Position numbers and translations under genes: made by a program. From contig NW_019091362.1 in assembly GCF_001949145.1 (NCBI RefSeq), forward strand, positions 1,433,838-1,497,837: a stretch of DNA of 64,000 nt, written 5' to 3'. Of the stretch, positions 24,113-39,100 are shown in pieces (position 1 is the first letter of the stretch; every line of letters starts with the position of its first letter). A model generated the notes under the pieces. It saw nothing but the letters and a program-made list of their open reading frames with translations, searched no databases and was not told the DNA's origin. The DNA is from Acanthaster planci. Lineage: Eukaryota.

Positions 24113-27100
24113 TTAACAGGAAAATAACAGGTAGGCAATGAACAGGTGCAGGGCCACAGCATAGACCATCATCACTGCGCGGAGGCTGGGATGAGACCTT
24201 CTGATGCGGTTGATGTACTTACTGAAGAACAGTATGAACAAAACCAAAATCAAATGAAAAATGATGATTTTTGGTATATTTAGTGGTAGCTCTGGATTAC
24301 TGCACAACACTGGAATAAACCAAAACTTTTATGAAAGAAATGAAATTTTCAGAAGAAATGCTCTTGCTTGTCATTACTTTCCAGTTGGGTTGATCATGTG
24401 TTAATTGGCTAGATGAGAACAAAAACTTGTTTCTTTGGTGTAAAGCTTGTCAGGTAATACAGAAAATGAATGAATCGGGAAATTATGTTGAATCATGAAT
24501 GAGGCAACTAATCATCAAGAATGAATAGAAAACGATAGATGACAAGCAGGCAGAAGCGATGAATATACATTTGTTAAAACCAATAAACAAATGGCACTGC
24601 AGCATTTGCAACATATCACCAGTGAGGATTGCAGGTGAGTTTTCAAGCAATGGCTTAAGTGGAAAGTAGAATGTTCACAAAATAGTTTCTTGAATTCCCC
24701 TAAAACCACTTTATTCCAATGATTGTAACTGTTCTCATAATCAAAGCTGAACCACTGCATGCATTATATGATGTGACTAACTGCACTTTGTGGGTAAACA
24801 CTGCTTCCAAAATAAACAAAAAATTATCGGAGGATGAAAAATGGGCCCACCTACGTCCAAAACAAATTTGATTTAGACCCAATCTCCACGGTACTGTTCA
24901 GAATATGAGGGGACCAGACTGCAAGACAGAATAAACAAAAAAAAAAAAAACAAAGTTGAAAAAATATTGTAATTGGGCACTTCATATCTTGAATATAAAA
25001 TCAAGTCTGGTTCCCTGATACACTTATCATATGGCATTAAGATTAAATATAAATAAGGGAAGTAGCTGACCTTCGACCTTGTAGCCAGCTCACAATCTGC
25101 GATACAAAGGATCCAGCTTGACGAGCTGTAATAAAATGAAGCAAAGGCAAAACAGGAAAATGAAATGTAGAAACTTTCAAACATTTTCCAACATCTCCTG
25201 AAGAGGTACATTATATCGCAAAAGAGCTGTGACAAGCATTCTACACAGCACAATACCCTAAAAAAATGACGGGTGCCTAGTCCCTTTTTTACATTCATTA
25301 CCCCAAACCTTTCCTGTCCATTCTGACTCCACCTTTCCGTAATTAGAACACAACGTTACATTATAATTAACTCAATCATCAATCTGACGCAAACTGACTT
25401 GACCATACACTCTGACGTGACTCAAGTCACTTCCATAAAATGACTCAAGTAACATGATCTGTTACTCACCACGGAACCAGTACCTGCTACCATTATTTGG
25501 ACAAAGAAACCCACCGAGTCATGCACTATTTTTTAATACATGGTAGGCAATGGTTGCCACATGAAGACTGCAAGGCAACCTTTGCGAGAGACTCGTGCCA
25601 GGGAGTCTGGTTGGTGCAGCGGTACTTTTGTCGCCTTCCGGCTCTGCGACCTGGGTTCCGAACCTGCCCAGGACAATGTGTGGAACGGGTCCACTGTCCC
25701 TTTCTGACTGTGTGGATTTTCCCTGGATGATTCTTCTGGGGTTTTTCTCAAACTTCTACAGCTGGGCCCAATGTCATCGCGCTGCTTACTGCAGAATTCT
25801 GTGCTAACCGCACAAAACTAGAAAAATTCTACGCTAACCCTTTAAGCACACAGTCCTTAGTTACATGCACACAAGCCAAAATTCCTCGTTAACCTGTGAA
25901 ATATGTTTGCCGTGAGCACAGAATTTTCTGCTACAGGAAGCGCCAATTTTTCGCTTGTGGTCAGCAGTGCTGTGAAATTGGGCCCCGATCATTACCCTCA
26001 TCTCACTTGTGGTTATAATTTATACGCAGTCATATCCTTCCATTTCTCTATCAATGAAGTTCCTATTGTTATTGTAAAAGGAAAGAGTGGAACTCACTAA
26101 GCACATGTCCCGTTTGGTACGGCTGGAGCAATGGCTCACTCTCTGCAGCCTCGTCTATCTGCACTTGGGTGTCTTGCATTGCTGCAATGGGCTGAGGTTT
26201 CTCTGGGGGTCCGCTCTCAAAGACCCGGATCTGATCCTGAGCGCGCACCAATGCTTCCTCCGTTCGCAGACGTTGTTCCCGTTCCCTCTGCAAGGCGGCC
26301 TGAAGAAGACAAAGCATAAATAACAATACTACTAATAACAGCAATGGTTATTCATAGAGTGCACGTATCTATCAGTACCGGCGCTCAAGGTGCCATCTTA
26401 GGCTGTGCCCGAAACGGGCTTCTAGAGCTACGGCTAGGTCTATTGTCTGTTGTCTATTGTCATTTCTAATGGAGCGAAGACCAAGACCTAGCTCTAGACA
26501 ACAGATTCGGATGCAGCCTTAGTATCCCTGCTGATTGGGTTTAGAAATAGTCCTGAAAATTCAATACTGCTGTTTCAGGTACGAATGGTTAATGAACACA
26601 AAGAAACGCTTATATAATACTCCAAAGTGGGAAACAGTAATCACAGTGAAGAAACTTGGGTCATGGTGTATGCCTATCACTGGATTTACACCTCTTACCC
26701 TGTGATCGGGAGTTACAAGCCCTAAGCGTTAGGTGCAAAGATTAAACGGGAGTCAATTTGAGGATGGTAAGTATGTATTTGAAGTTTGAGTGTAAGATTC
26801 AGAGCAAAGAAGCAGCTCAACAAGGAGGCATTTCAAAATTTGGAGGAAACTTGTTCCTTTGGGCATTTTCCGTTTTGAATGCTACCAGTCCCACTGAGAA
26901 CAAACATCGTTCTTTGTGTCTGAGTATTGCCCTTGCTGCACCACAGTGAAGAGCCCCGACTACAGGCATTTTCAATATGACTTCACTGGTTTTGCCATTA
27001 ATATACCACAGTAAGAAGCCCTAGCCACAGAGAATTATGACCAATTTGGTCTTGGCTTGACTTCAACAGAGGCAGATTAAAGATGTGTGGGAAATGTATG

Positions 27101-30100
27101 GCATCAATGCAACTGATCCAAAGACAGAGAGGGACGTGTATTTCCAACTGGAACATTCCTAGAATTCCGAGTCTAGGAAGCTCCTTGTTAAAACCCTTTG
27201 CTTTCCAGAATCTTGGGTCATTTCATCCAACTGAAAGTACACGTATTACCAACTTTGGCGTCACATTAAGTAACTTTTTGTGCTGGAGAAATTGGACCGA
27301 AACTGAGCTGTTCAAATCCTGTGCTCCATTTACCCAGTTGATTTTTCCGCTTGGTGTAATGCAGCAATACGGGTGGTTCACAATACAGTGCACACTGGTT
27401 GCCATGGGACAGGCCATTTTTGGTGGTGCATTGTGGGCAATGCTCGACAAATTCTATTCATCGGCTACATGCAAGGAACTTGAATTAATCTAGATTTTTG
27501 TTTGTCAGGGAAGACAAAGCAACTCTCTTTCTGTCTGAATCACTGAAAACATGTCTCCCAGTTGTCCGACATTTTCAAATGCAAATTGTGGAAAGATGGC
27601 CATTCTTCTGTTGACCATAAACCGGAAAAAAATGGCTTCTCTGTAACAACCTCTCGGTGGGACACTGTACCATGAACTGTCCCTATGACTTGTTGCCCTG
27701 TAATTTCTGACACAAATGTGATTCCCTTTCACCGTTTAGATCTATCTCTCAGTCTCCACGGTAGCTTAAAGTGAATTTTGTTGGATGGGGTACAGTATAA
27801 GTGAGAACATAAATTGCTTTCCAAATTTAAGAGGGGCAAGAGAAAGAAATCTGCAACACTCTGCCTTCAAGAAACATGACATGCAGACAAAATTCATGCT
27901 TTTAAATAGAATGCAAATTGTTTGCAGGGGTAATCTTAAGGTGTTAGACTCTCAGATAATTAACCAATTGGCAAAGACACTGGGAAAGTTAGAGTGCTAA
28001 GCCACCCACCTCAAGAGTTAGTTGGACATCTGAGGTGGGTGTTTTAACCTACAGTAACAAAAAGACAACAAACATGCTTTTTATTATTATTGTGAGGAGT
28101 TGTTATTGTTAAAAGGTTTTCCAGTTGTTTCCAATTTTGGCCTTGATGAACATTTCTAAAGTTGGGGTGCCCTCTCTCTCTCTTGGGAAAAGTAGGATGG
28201 TGCCCCCTCTGTCTGTATTGTACACACTACTTCAGTGACTGGAACCAAGGCTCCTTTCCACCGGCACAATTTTTTACAGTGTGTACAGATTCCATGAGTG
28301 CATCAACAGACTAATTGGGCACCAGGACCTCGGAGAAACCTCAAAATGGACCTGCGTACCCCTGTGTCCCGAGCAAAGTCCTGATCCTATTTCCAGTCAA
28401 ACAGTTCCCAGAACCCCCCCCTTAGGTAACAACAACTCTTCACATTATTAAACAAGGAACGCATAATCTCTGAAGGAAATGCTGAATACATTTTAACAAT
28501 TAAGGACTGTGGCATGCATGTTACTCATACACGTTTTATGAAGGCTTGTTTCTATGACTATTGTTAGTAAAGACTTTTGAACTTTAATCAATCAAGTATG
28601 TTGGTGGCCAAGTTGTTGCTGTCCAAATTCCACGTGTATATGAGAAGAGATCAAGCTTTAACGTTCCTTCATATTAGTAAACAAATAAATGCTAACATGA
28701 CAGAGGTTCATGCAACCAAAAAATATTTATTTTCACCTCTAGTTCAGAAAATTCATTGGCCATAGCTTCTCTCGCTTGCTCAGTATCTTCCAGTCTGCGT
28801 GGATAAAATAAAGAGAAAAAGCTGAAAAAAGGGTTTAAAAAGGCCTATTAACAAAATCATCAATCAAATGTTTCATTTTTCCCTTGCATCAGAACAACAA
28901 AAAGATGGAAACATATAGTTTCAAGCAAAATAAATGGTATACCTTTCTAGAAAATCAAGCAAAACAAAGGACACTTGATGAAATTTTTACCTTGTTTCAA
29001 AGAACTGATTGATTATCTATCTCACCTTCTGCTGATGTCAATGAGTTCATTTTGGTGGGTTTCCCGTGCCACTGGTGCACTCTGCTGAAGGCTGGATGTC
29101 TCAGCTCTTGTGATTGGTTCCTCAATGTCCTGCAATAATGCCATGCAACAATAATTGGCCAATCATCACATGGGTAGATACAGTTCAAATGGCAGATGAA
29201 AATGTTAACATTCAGCACTGGAAATCTAACTACAACTGGAGTTCGAAGTCCCTTGGCATTTCTCAGCAGAAGCTATAATAATTTCTTCATAGCCTTAACA
29301 AACCGGCATCCTCCAATTTCAAAATGATTTTACACATCCTACAGGGTTATGTGTGGTATCTTACCTTTAAATCTCAAAACACCACACAAAAGATATGTGA
29401 ATAATTCACTCAAGAGTAAATCAATTAATAATAGGTACAAATGGTTCAGCTCAAAATCTCTTTAAAAGAAATATCTTGAGCTGTAAATTAATAGCCTCTA
29501 ATTCATCAATATCTCCAAAAAACAACCACCTGGCAAGCCGTTCTGCAAAAAAGGGGCGTAAACAGTAAAAGCATGACCACCATATGCCCTACTGGGCTTG
29601 GACGGATGTTGGCATGCTAAGTTTCACTGCAACACAACTTTTACTCCAACTGTTGGATGCATGAATCAGTATCCGGTCTTCCAGGTGCAGTAGCACAGAC
29701 TGGATAAGTTTAAGAAAAAATGTTTAGAATCTCACAATTTTGCAATAAATTGATTCTTTGACGGACTAGTGTCAGGACATGATTTCTATTGTCTATCAAA
29801 GTTATCCATTGTCTATCTATCCTTTAAGTTTATAAAAAAACGTTCAAATAAAAAAGGCTGCAAAACAGGAATTTTTCACAATAAACTACTGTCTTGACTC
29901 ACCACAGCATGAGTGACAAACGTCCGTTCCTTGTCATCCAACTGTTCGGTCAGCTTGATGTTCTCCGACTCGGCCAGTCGCAGCTCTTTCTGCAGATCCT
30001 TAGCTGCTCGGGCGGAGTTGTGCAGCTGGATACTCAAATTGTTGCGTTCCTCGATCAGCGCTGAGATCTGCATCGTCATACCTTCACACCTGAGGTGATT

Positions 30101-33100
30101 GGAAGACGAAAAAAAAATCAAATATTTTTGATGTATACTTACAAAACAAGGGATTTCAATGAGATTTGAAGCTTTGCATGGTGGAGAACAGACTAAGGAG
30201 AGGGCTTGCAGTGACACCATGTGGACAGATTTCTCTCAGAAGAGGTGTAGTTCTGATAAGAACCGGTGAGTGTGTACTCGATGTTTCGGCCAGTGTACTC
30301 TGGTCATCCTCAGGAGTTGAGCCAGCTCCAGGGATATTTCATGAAATACCATTAACTGATCTTTTTAGTAATCAGAAGCCAGGGGAATTTCTGCCTTCCA
30401 GCAATAGAGTGACATAAATTGACATATTTCACTGCATTATTTTGTGACCAAACCTTCCACTTGGGGCTGTTTTATCCAAGATCCAGGGCTTTGGTTCAGA
30501 ACTAAACTTCACTCCTTAGTAACACAGCCCCTGTAGCATATCGTCCAACCAAAACACACTAAAGATGTTCTTTCATTAGCTTATTCTTTATCCCTAGGGC
30601 ATTGGTACTATGAGTCTTCAGGAATCCTCCAAAATACTCCACTTTGCAATAAACAAATGTCATATTGTGCACCAAGTCAAATGTAAAGTAACAGTGGCTG
30701 GGCTCCTCATTCCGAAATCCTGTCCAAAACCTCTGAAACCTCTAAGTGCATTCTAAAAGAACCCCTTAGGGTTTAGGGTTAATGGTAACTAAACTACGGA
30801 CAAAGAAGAGGAAGCTAATGAATTAAATGCTACTCTTATTCTGTGATGAAGTAGCTGAGCTGGAAAAGGTCTCACCTCATCTCTCTTTGGTGAAGGCTCT
30901 GGAGTGCCTGAAGCTTCTCTGCTTCCACTGTTCCAAGCTCTGCCCTCACTCCCTCAAAAGCCTCCTGCCAATGCCTCAGCTGCTGGTCCACTGTTCCCTC
31001 CTGGTGAGCTTTCAGCCTCAAGCCCTCGTTATCGGCGCTCAGCTGTTGCACCTGCTGCTGCAATACCCCCAGCTGCGCCCCGAGCTGCTCGCTCTCCTGC
31101 TTGTATCTCCCCACTGCCACCCGGAGCTGAGTGCAGTCCCCTCTCAAGTGGTCCCGCTCCACTTTGAAGGTCTCCAGTTCCCCTTGGAGCTTCTCCAGTT
31201 CCTCCCCTAGTTCCTCTCTGTCTTGCTCCAGAGTTTTGTAAGCTGTGCTCTGCTGGGTGAGCTTCTCCTCATTCTCGGTGCCTGCTACTTGTAGTTGCAT
31301 GATGACATGCTCCCGTTCACCAAGGTGCCTCCTGAGATTTTCAAGATCAGTGGTCACAGTCTTTAGCTCAGCAGCGGTGGATCGTGCATCTTTCATCTGA
31401 TCACTGTACTCATGGAGTTCTCTTACGAACTCCTCATTCTCTTGGGAGAGATGAACATTCCGGGCCCTCAAATCCTTGTTCTCTTGTAACAAATCCTTAT
31501 GCTGTGACTCTAATGCTGTTAGCCTTGATTCCAGCACTTTCAGGGCTTGGACCTCATCCTGTGCTGTCTTGGCCTGATTCTTAGCAACTGCAAGCTCCTC
31601 AGCCAAGACAGAGTTCTTTTGGTCGAGTTTGTCCAAGAGCACTTCCACCTCCTCTTTCTCAGCTTTCAAGATGCTCTTGTCAAGCTTCTCATGTTCAAGC
31701 TCCTTTGCCAACTTCTCAAGACCTACAGTTTTCTTGCTCAGATCTTCTTCCACACTGCGGAGTTTGGAACTGCACGTTTCAATCTCTCTGTTTAACTTGG
31801 TTTGCACTTTTGTAAAGTCATCCTGTGAACTGCTACACTGGCTGTTGGCAGAAGCCAGATCAGACTTGAGCTGCTTCATCTTGGACTGCAGGTGATCAAT
31901 ACCATCTTGCTGCTGCTGCACCAATTTGGACAACTTGACATTCTCATCTGCAAGAGTCTGCCTTTGGGCCTCCATGGTTGCAGCCTGTGTCCTGACACTA
32001 TCCAGCTCAGAAACTTTTGTTTTCAGAGATTCGTTATCCATAATCAGCTGGTGGCACTTGTCCCGAGTGGCTTCCAGTTCCTGTTTCAAATTCACCGACT
32101 CAGAGACACTCTGATCACTTGACTGTCTAAGATGCTCAAACTCCTGCTTCATGGCCAGGAACTGGGACTCTGTTTCGGACTTCTTTTTCACCAGTCCGTC
32201 CATTTCTTGCTTTTCTTGCTTGAGCTCTTCAACTTCCTTTCCCAACTTCTTCCTGGCCTCATTGATCTTGGTCAGTCTCTCCTTGAGTTTTTCATTTTGC
32301 CTCTGGATGGCATCTTTCCTGTTGTTGATCTTCTGAAGTTCTTCAGTTGCCAGAGTTAATTGCTGTGACAGTTCTTCATGTCTGGTATTCGCTTCACTCT
32401 CTTTCATCTCACACTGATCAACAATTCTTTGGAGGTGTTCGTTTTTATCTCTCATTTCAATCAGCTCCTCGTTCAACTTTTTTACATTCAAAGCAATTTC
32501 ATCTTCCCTGGTTTGCGACTGCTGCAATGATTCCTTCTCTCTCAGCAACTGCGACAACTTATTGTCCTTCTGTTCCAGTAACAACACCATTTCATTCAAC
32601 TGTCCACTTCTCTCCTCAAATGCTTCCTGCTGTGTTGCCTTGTCTGACTCCATTTGAGCCACTTTAGCCAAGAGCTCATTAACCTCAGAATCCCGTCGCT
32701 GGTCATCCTCAGCTCTTTGGTCTAGGAGATGCTGCAGATGCTCCTTCTCTTCAGTAGCCTGCATCAGCTGCTGGCCTACGTCTTGCAGCTTGGAAGCTAA
32801 GCAGAGTTCTTTGTCTTCCACTTCACACAAATGCTGTCCCAGGTCCTCTCTCTCTTTCAGTGAGCTTTCCAGCATCTCCTTTGTTCTGTCCAGCTCAGAC
32901 TGCAGACTTTCCTCGCATCCCCTGCTTTCTGTCACCGACTGCTCAAGCTGCCGCTTCAGCTGCGTCATCTTTTCGGCATTTTCAGTCAGCAACTGCAGAC
33001 GTGACTCCGAATCTTCCACTTGCAATTCTAATTGTTTAATGGTTGCGGATAAATCCGCCTGATCTTGCTGGTGGACCTTCTCTGCTTTGGCAAAGTGCTC

Positions 33101-36100
33101 TTCAAGTGCTGCATTTTTCTCCTTCTCGCCATTCAGCTCTGTTTGAATTTTCTGTAGTTCCTCATCATGCACCTTGGCATTTATCAGCTGTGCTTCCAAT
33201 TTGTTTTTGATATCTGACAAATGCTCGATTTCCTGTTGATGACCGTTGTCAGAGTCCTTAAGCTGTTTCATCAAGTCTCTGTTTGTCTCTTTTTCGCCTT
33301 CTAGTTCTTCTTGAATCTTCTGTAGCTCCTCCTTCAACATCCTGGAATTCTCCTCCTGAGTTGCTTGCATCTGAGACTGCATTGTTTGGATAATAGCCTC
33401 TTGGTTATTTATCTCAGCGTGTGATTGTTGGAGTTTTTCTTCCACTGACACCAATCTAGAGGTCAATGTTTCTTTTTCATTTCTGCATGACTCATTTTCC
33501 AGACGAGCCTCTTCTAACAAAGCTTCTTGCTCTTGCAGTTGGCTTTCAAGACGAACAGTGCTCTCTTGCAGGCTCTGCATCTTGCTCAGATTTTCCATCT
33601 GCTTGCTGCCGAGAGCTCGTTGGGCAGCTTTCAACTCTTCAATAATTTGATTTGCTTGTGCTAGGTGATGTTCCTTTTCCTCAAGTGACTGCCGTATTGA
33701 GAACAACTCTGAAACTAACCTTTCCCTCTCTGTAGACACAACATTAAATTTGTCAAGTTGCTGATCGAGTTGCTCTGTGAGTGATGATGATTTCATTTGA
33801 AGCCGGTTGTTTTCCTCAACCATGATCTCCAGCTGTTCATTCTTTCCAGTCAACAGTTGGTCTCTTTCTTCTAACAATCTTCTTAATGACGCAAGCTGTG
33901 ATTTTTCTCTCTCACTATCTCCACTCATGGTCTGCATCAGTTGGTCCCTCTGCTCAATGGAGCTTTTAAGAGAAGCACATTCAGACTCAAACCTTTCTTT
34001 TTCCTTTGTAGCCAGCTCTGACTTTGCCTTAATCTCCTTGGCTTTTACCAGCAGCTTCCCGTATCGCAGTTTGCCACTCTCTATTTCCATTTTCAACTTA
34101 GCATTTTCGGTCTCCAGCTCTGCCTGCCTGTCGAACATTGGTGCACTTTCAGTCATCTGAACCCTTTCCACTGTGACTTTCTCCTGCTCTTGCATGAGCT
34201 GCTCCTGTAATGCAGACAGCTTTGATTCCTGCTCCGAGAAGCTCTCATTAAGATCACTCAGCCGGCCTTCCTTGTCCTGGAGTTGCTCCTGGAGGTCCTT
34301 CAACTGAGTCTCTTTGGCCTCAAGGGCAGCTTCCAAGTCTGGCACCTGTACGCTCAACTCTGACAGGCTATTGTTGAGGGAGCTGACTTCAGCATTGAAC
34401 TCTTCGTCTCTCTCAAGAAGCTGTTTCTTCAGAGTCTCAACAAGGAGACATTTCTGCTCAAGTTCCCTGTCCATCTGGAGGATTTTGTTGGAAGAGGTTT
34501 GCTCGGATTCCGTCCGAGAGTCGGCAATGTCCGACATCTCTTTGGCTTGTTGTTCAAGCTCCACTTGAAGGGTCTTACTTTCCTCTGTCTTGCTTGCGAG
34601 AAGGCTCTTTAACTCATTCCGCTCATGGAGTACCTTCTTGCATTTCTCCCTCAGTGATGATATCCTTGACTCATATTCACTTTTCTTTTGCTCAAACTCT
34701 TGGTTCAGATTCCTGAGTTCATCTTCCCTTTTATTCAAAGACGCATCTGTGGTGGATGCCTTCTCTGAGACTTCTGACAGGTTTTTCTGAAGCGAAGCAA
34801 TTTCACTGACCAGTTGTGCATTGTTATCTTTCATCTCTTTCATGGAGTCACCTGTGCCTTGTACAATCTTTTCGTATTTCTCTTTCCAAGTGGCAATCTC
34901 TTCAGACATCACAGCTTCTCTCTCCATAAGGTCCCCTTTCAACTGGGTCCACTCACGTTCTTTAGTTTGCAACTCTTCTCTCAGTTGGGCTGTTTCAGCT
35001 TGAGACTGCTCAAAGCTATCTTTCAGAGCTGTAGTCCTTGCAACCATATCCTTATCCCCTTTTTCAATCTGCATCTTTATGTCTTCTAGCAGGTTGTTCT
35101 TGGTCTCAATTTCAAGGGCAGATCTTTCCAAGTTGGCAGAAAGATCTTGAACTGTCTTTTTGAGATGCTGAATCTCCTCTGAAAAACTCTCTTCGTTACT
35201 GATGAGTCTCTGTGTCAGATCTTCAATCATCTCAGCCTTGACACAGAGTTCTTCACTGGCATGCTGCTCCTTTACTGCTGCTTTTTTCAGGCACTCCTTC
35301 AGTGGCAGAATTTCCTCTTCAAACTCTTTGCTTCTCCTGGCCAGTTCTTCCTCAAGCTCTTGAATTACCCTTTGCTTTTCATTGGTTTCTGCAGAGGATT
35401 TCTGCAGGCTTTCTTTCACAGCCATAACCTGGGTTCCAAGGGATTCCTTCAGTGTTTCCAATTCCAGATTTGATGCACTCAGCTCCTCTTTCAACCTGTC
35501 CCTCTCTTTTGTAGTTAGGCCTGCTTCTTCTTTGTGCATGTCAAGCTGCTTCATCAACGCCCTTTCTTTTGTTTGAAGCATCTCCAGAGATTCCTGAGCG
35601 TCCCTTCTGCATTGCTCAATTTCTGCCATGAGAATCCCTTCCCTTTCATTCTTTGACTGAATTTCTTCAGCAGCATTTTGAAGCTGATCTTTGAGATCAT
35701 TACACTGTCGATTCAGCTGCTCTGCATCCTGTGTTAGTTTTCCAACACTTTGCTCCAATGACGAGATGAACTGCCCTCTTTCCTGAAGCTCTTTCTCAAG
35801 TTGTTCTCGCTGCGTCCCAAATGAGGTCAACATTTCTTGACGGGATGTTGACTCCAAGTCCAAGACCTTTTGTCTTTCTTCAAGACTGTGTTCAAGATTT
35901 TCGTGAATCTTGTGAAGTTCTGTTACCTGTTTCTCTTTTGTGTTTAAGGCATCATTTATTTCTTCTAAGTTCCTCACAGCAGCATCCAATTTCTTTTGTA
36001 ATTCTTCACAAGATGCAGACTTCTTTTTTACCTCCTCAACTGCTTGATGTTTTTCAGCCTCTGAGCTTCCAAAGGATTCCTTCAAGTTATTTATTTCAGA

Positions 36101-39100
36101 AGCCAGAGCAGTCTGCATTGTGGCAAATGCTTCTTTCTCTGTTCTCATCAGCTCTTGGTGGGAGGCCTCCTTGTCCTGCACAAGCTGTAAGGATGCCATC
36201 AGCTGTTCCTGTAAGGATTCCACTTTGCCTTCTTTCTCTTCAACCTGGCGGGAGAGCTTCTTGATGGAATCCTTCAGCTCCCTCATCACATTTTCTGCCT
36301 CAGAGGACTTTTGTTCAAACTGAGAACTTAAATCCTGGAATCTGTTGTCCTGTTCAGTGATTGTCCTCTGATTCTCTGTTATTTCAGACTCCAGTTCGGA
36401 GATCTGGCCAAGAAGGGAAGCCATCTTGGACTCCGTCTTCTTTCCCTCAGCTGACTGCCCTTCTCGGAGGACCTCTACTTCCCGCTCAGCCTGATTGACC
36501 GAGTTCTCCAAAGTCCCAATCCTGTAATCCCTCTCTGTAATTTGCTCCCGCATAGAGGACAGTTCCTGTAGGCTGTCCTCCATGGCCTGTGACTGCCTTG
36601 CTATTTCCTTCTCCTTCTGCTGGCAAGAGTTGGTGATCTCCAGCAGCTCCTCCTCTTTGCTGTGAAGGGTAGCCTCCAATTCTCCTTTCTCAGCAGTAAA
36701 CCTCAAGTGCTGACTTTCAAGTTCTCTCTCTAGTTCTGTTAGATTTATCTTGGAGGAATCTAGGTCTGCCTCCAGCTTGCCTTTCTCTTCCACAAGTCTG
36801 GCGGACCTCTCTCTCTCCTCCTCTAGTTTGACCTGTGTTTCGGCCACATCTGTCTCCTTGGATGCAAACTTGTCGCAGAACGTCTTTACTTCATCCTCCT
36901 TTTGCTGAAGTCTCGTCGACGTTTCGGCCAAGGCAGCTTCCAGTTCTTGAATTTTTGCCCGGAGTTCATCTTTTTCCTTTGAAAAGTAGTCAAACTGGTT
37001 TTGGAGGTCAGAAAGTCTTTGTGAAAGGTTGTCTCTTTCATTCCCAAGGGTTTCTGTTTCCTTGTGAAGGCTGTCAATTTGGCTCATCAAATCCAGCATG
37101 CGGTTTGTCTGAATAAGCAATTTAAGAAATAAATATCAACATCAAACATTATTAAATCGCATCGCTTCTGAAGTAAAAACAAGAAGACTATGGAGAGTCA
37201 GAACAGCAAAATTAAGGTCAAAGAGCGGAATTTTTACTGGATGCACGGAACATAACACTACTTGAAAGCATTCCACATGTGAAGCATACCTCATCTTGCA
37301 GAACCTGTTCAACCCTCTCATTTTCAGCCGTCACCCCCTCCAGCTCAGCCTGGGCGTCTTCAAGCTGCTGCTGTACCTGGCTGCACTTAGTCTCAATCTC
37401 GGCTTTGGATGCCTTCAAGGCATCTAACTCAGCCTGAAAAACAAGACAGCACAAAAACAGTAAGATCTGCTTGAGTAATGAGACTCGGGAAGAAACATGG
37501 GGGTGTCCTGTTCTTGCACTTGCTCAACAGCGTAGCGACCAAAAAAGTACCTTTACAAACATCTCAACACCTGTGGCAATTTTGAATCTCTACAAAGCAT
37601 TTTCGGTCTTCCTTGATGCTCTAAACTGGCCAACGATGCACTTTATTTTGCGCATGAGCTGTTTGAATACTCTACAGAACCAGTGAAAATGCCAAAGAAA
37701 GATAAAATGGAGTTAATTCTTTCCTAATGATATACTCAGTTTATTTTTCGAATCACATCCAGAAGAAAACAAAATTAATTGAAAAGATGGAACCTACTTC
37801 TGTTTGGCTTCTTGCTACCTTGTCCCCCTCCAGTTGTCTCAGTACCTCCTCCTTGCTGCTCTCAAGAGCTCTGACCTGCTCCTGGAAGGCCTCCCTCTCT
37901 CGCTCCATCTCGGCCAAGGGAAGATGCTCCCTCTGCATGGTCTCCTTAAGATGCTGGACGGTGTCTTGGAGGCTGTGTGCTTGCTGCTCAAAACCTGTAA
38001 GTGGTGGCAAGGGAACCAGATTCATTAAATGCCAGCCGAGCAATGTAGGGGTCAGGGGATTCCCCCGTGAGATAATTACTTTTGATGTGAATATCAACTG
38101 TGAACTACCGGTCTCTGGCACAAGATCAATGCATGGGTATGAGCATCCCCCGTGGTGTGCAGACTTAATACGCTATCTCAAAGCCACGCCCTTTCAGCCG
38201 GAAGTCACTTACACTGTATTACATTTTGGCAGGACTTGAGACGTTTCAGGGCTTTTTTCCGTATCAGTTCCCACGCTTGAGACCTGCACCTTGGTGGGCT
38301 AGCAGTCATGGCAAGATGGGTCCTTGTGGGATAACTTAAGCCCTTTTCCCGTTGGCTTTAGTGTTCACACCTATTTGGGCAATCTTTTAGACGTCAGAGT
38401 TTTTTTGGGGGGTTACAATTTCACTGCTGATTGACATCTGGGATTGAATCGAAGGGAATCAAGCCCCAGTCGCCTCGAGTCCATTTTTTGTCTGGTTTTG
38501 CCCCTCCTTTCCTCCTGAATTGGTGGACGGATCTCCACCCTTCTGACAACTGCAGAAGGACCGGACCGCTACAGCAATACCACAGGATAAAGACGTGATC
38601 CAAGTTTCAACTGAACACTGCGTACAGCATAAATCATACAAATAGAGCAGTCTCATTCCAAAGTTTGGACAAAACTATGAAAAGACAAGTAAAAGAAGTC
38701 ATTCCAAATTGTACTTTCCTAAATGGAGACAAAGCTGTAATTATGAAGGTACAAGTAATCTCTTTCAATTTCTTTTGGTTTCACGGTGAAGGAGAACTAC
38801 TTTTTCTCACCATCCTTTTCCTCTTCTAACTGTACCATCCTCAATTCCATGGCAACTTTCTCCTCCTTCAATTCATCTCGCTGTGCTTCCAACCTTACAA
38901 GCTCATTCTCAAGATCATTCCTTGTTTCACTCAACAAGGTAATCTTTTCTTCCTGTGACACCTGATGATGCAAAGAGCAAGCCAGAATGCATTTTTACTC
39001 GTAAATGCTTTACAAGAAAACCTTGAATTTTTAAGAATTATCCGCTCTGAGCGGAACAAAAGAGGGCGTGTTTTTTGGTACTCGCCGCATAGGCGCACCA

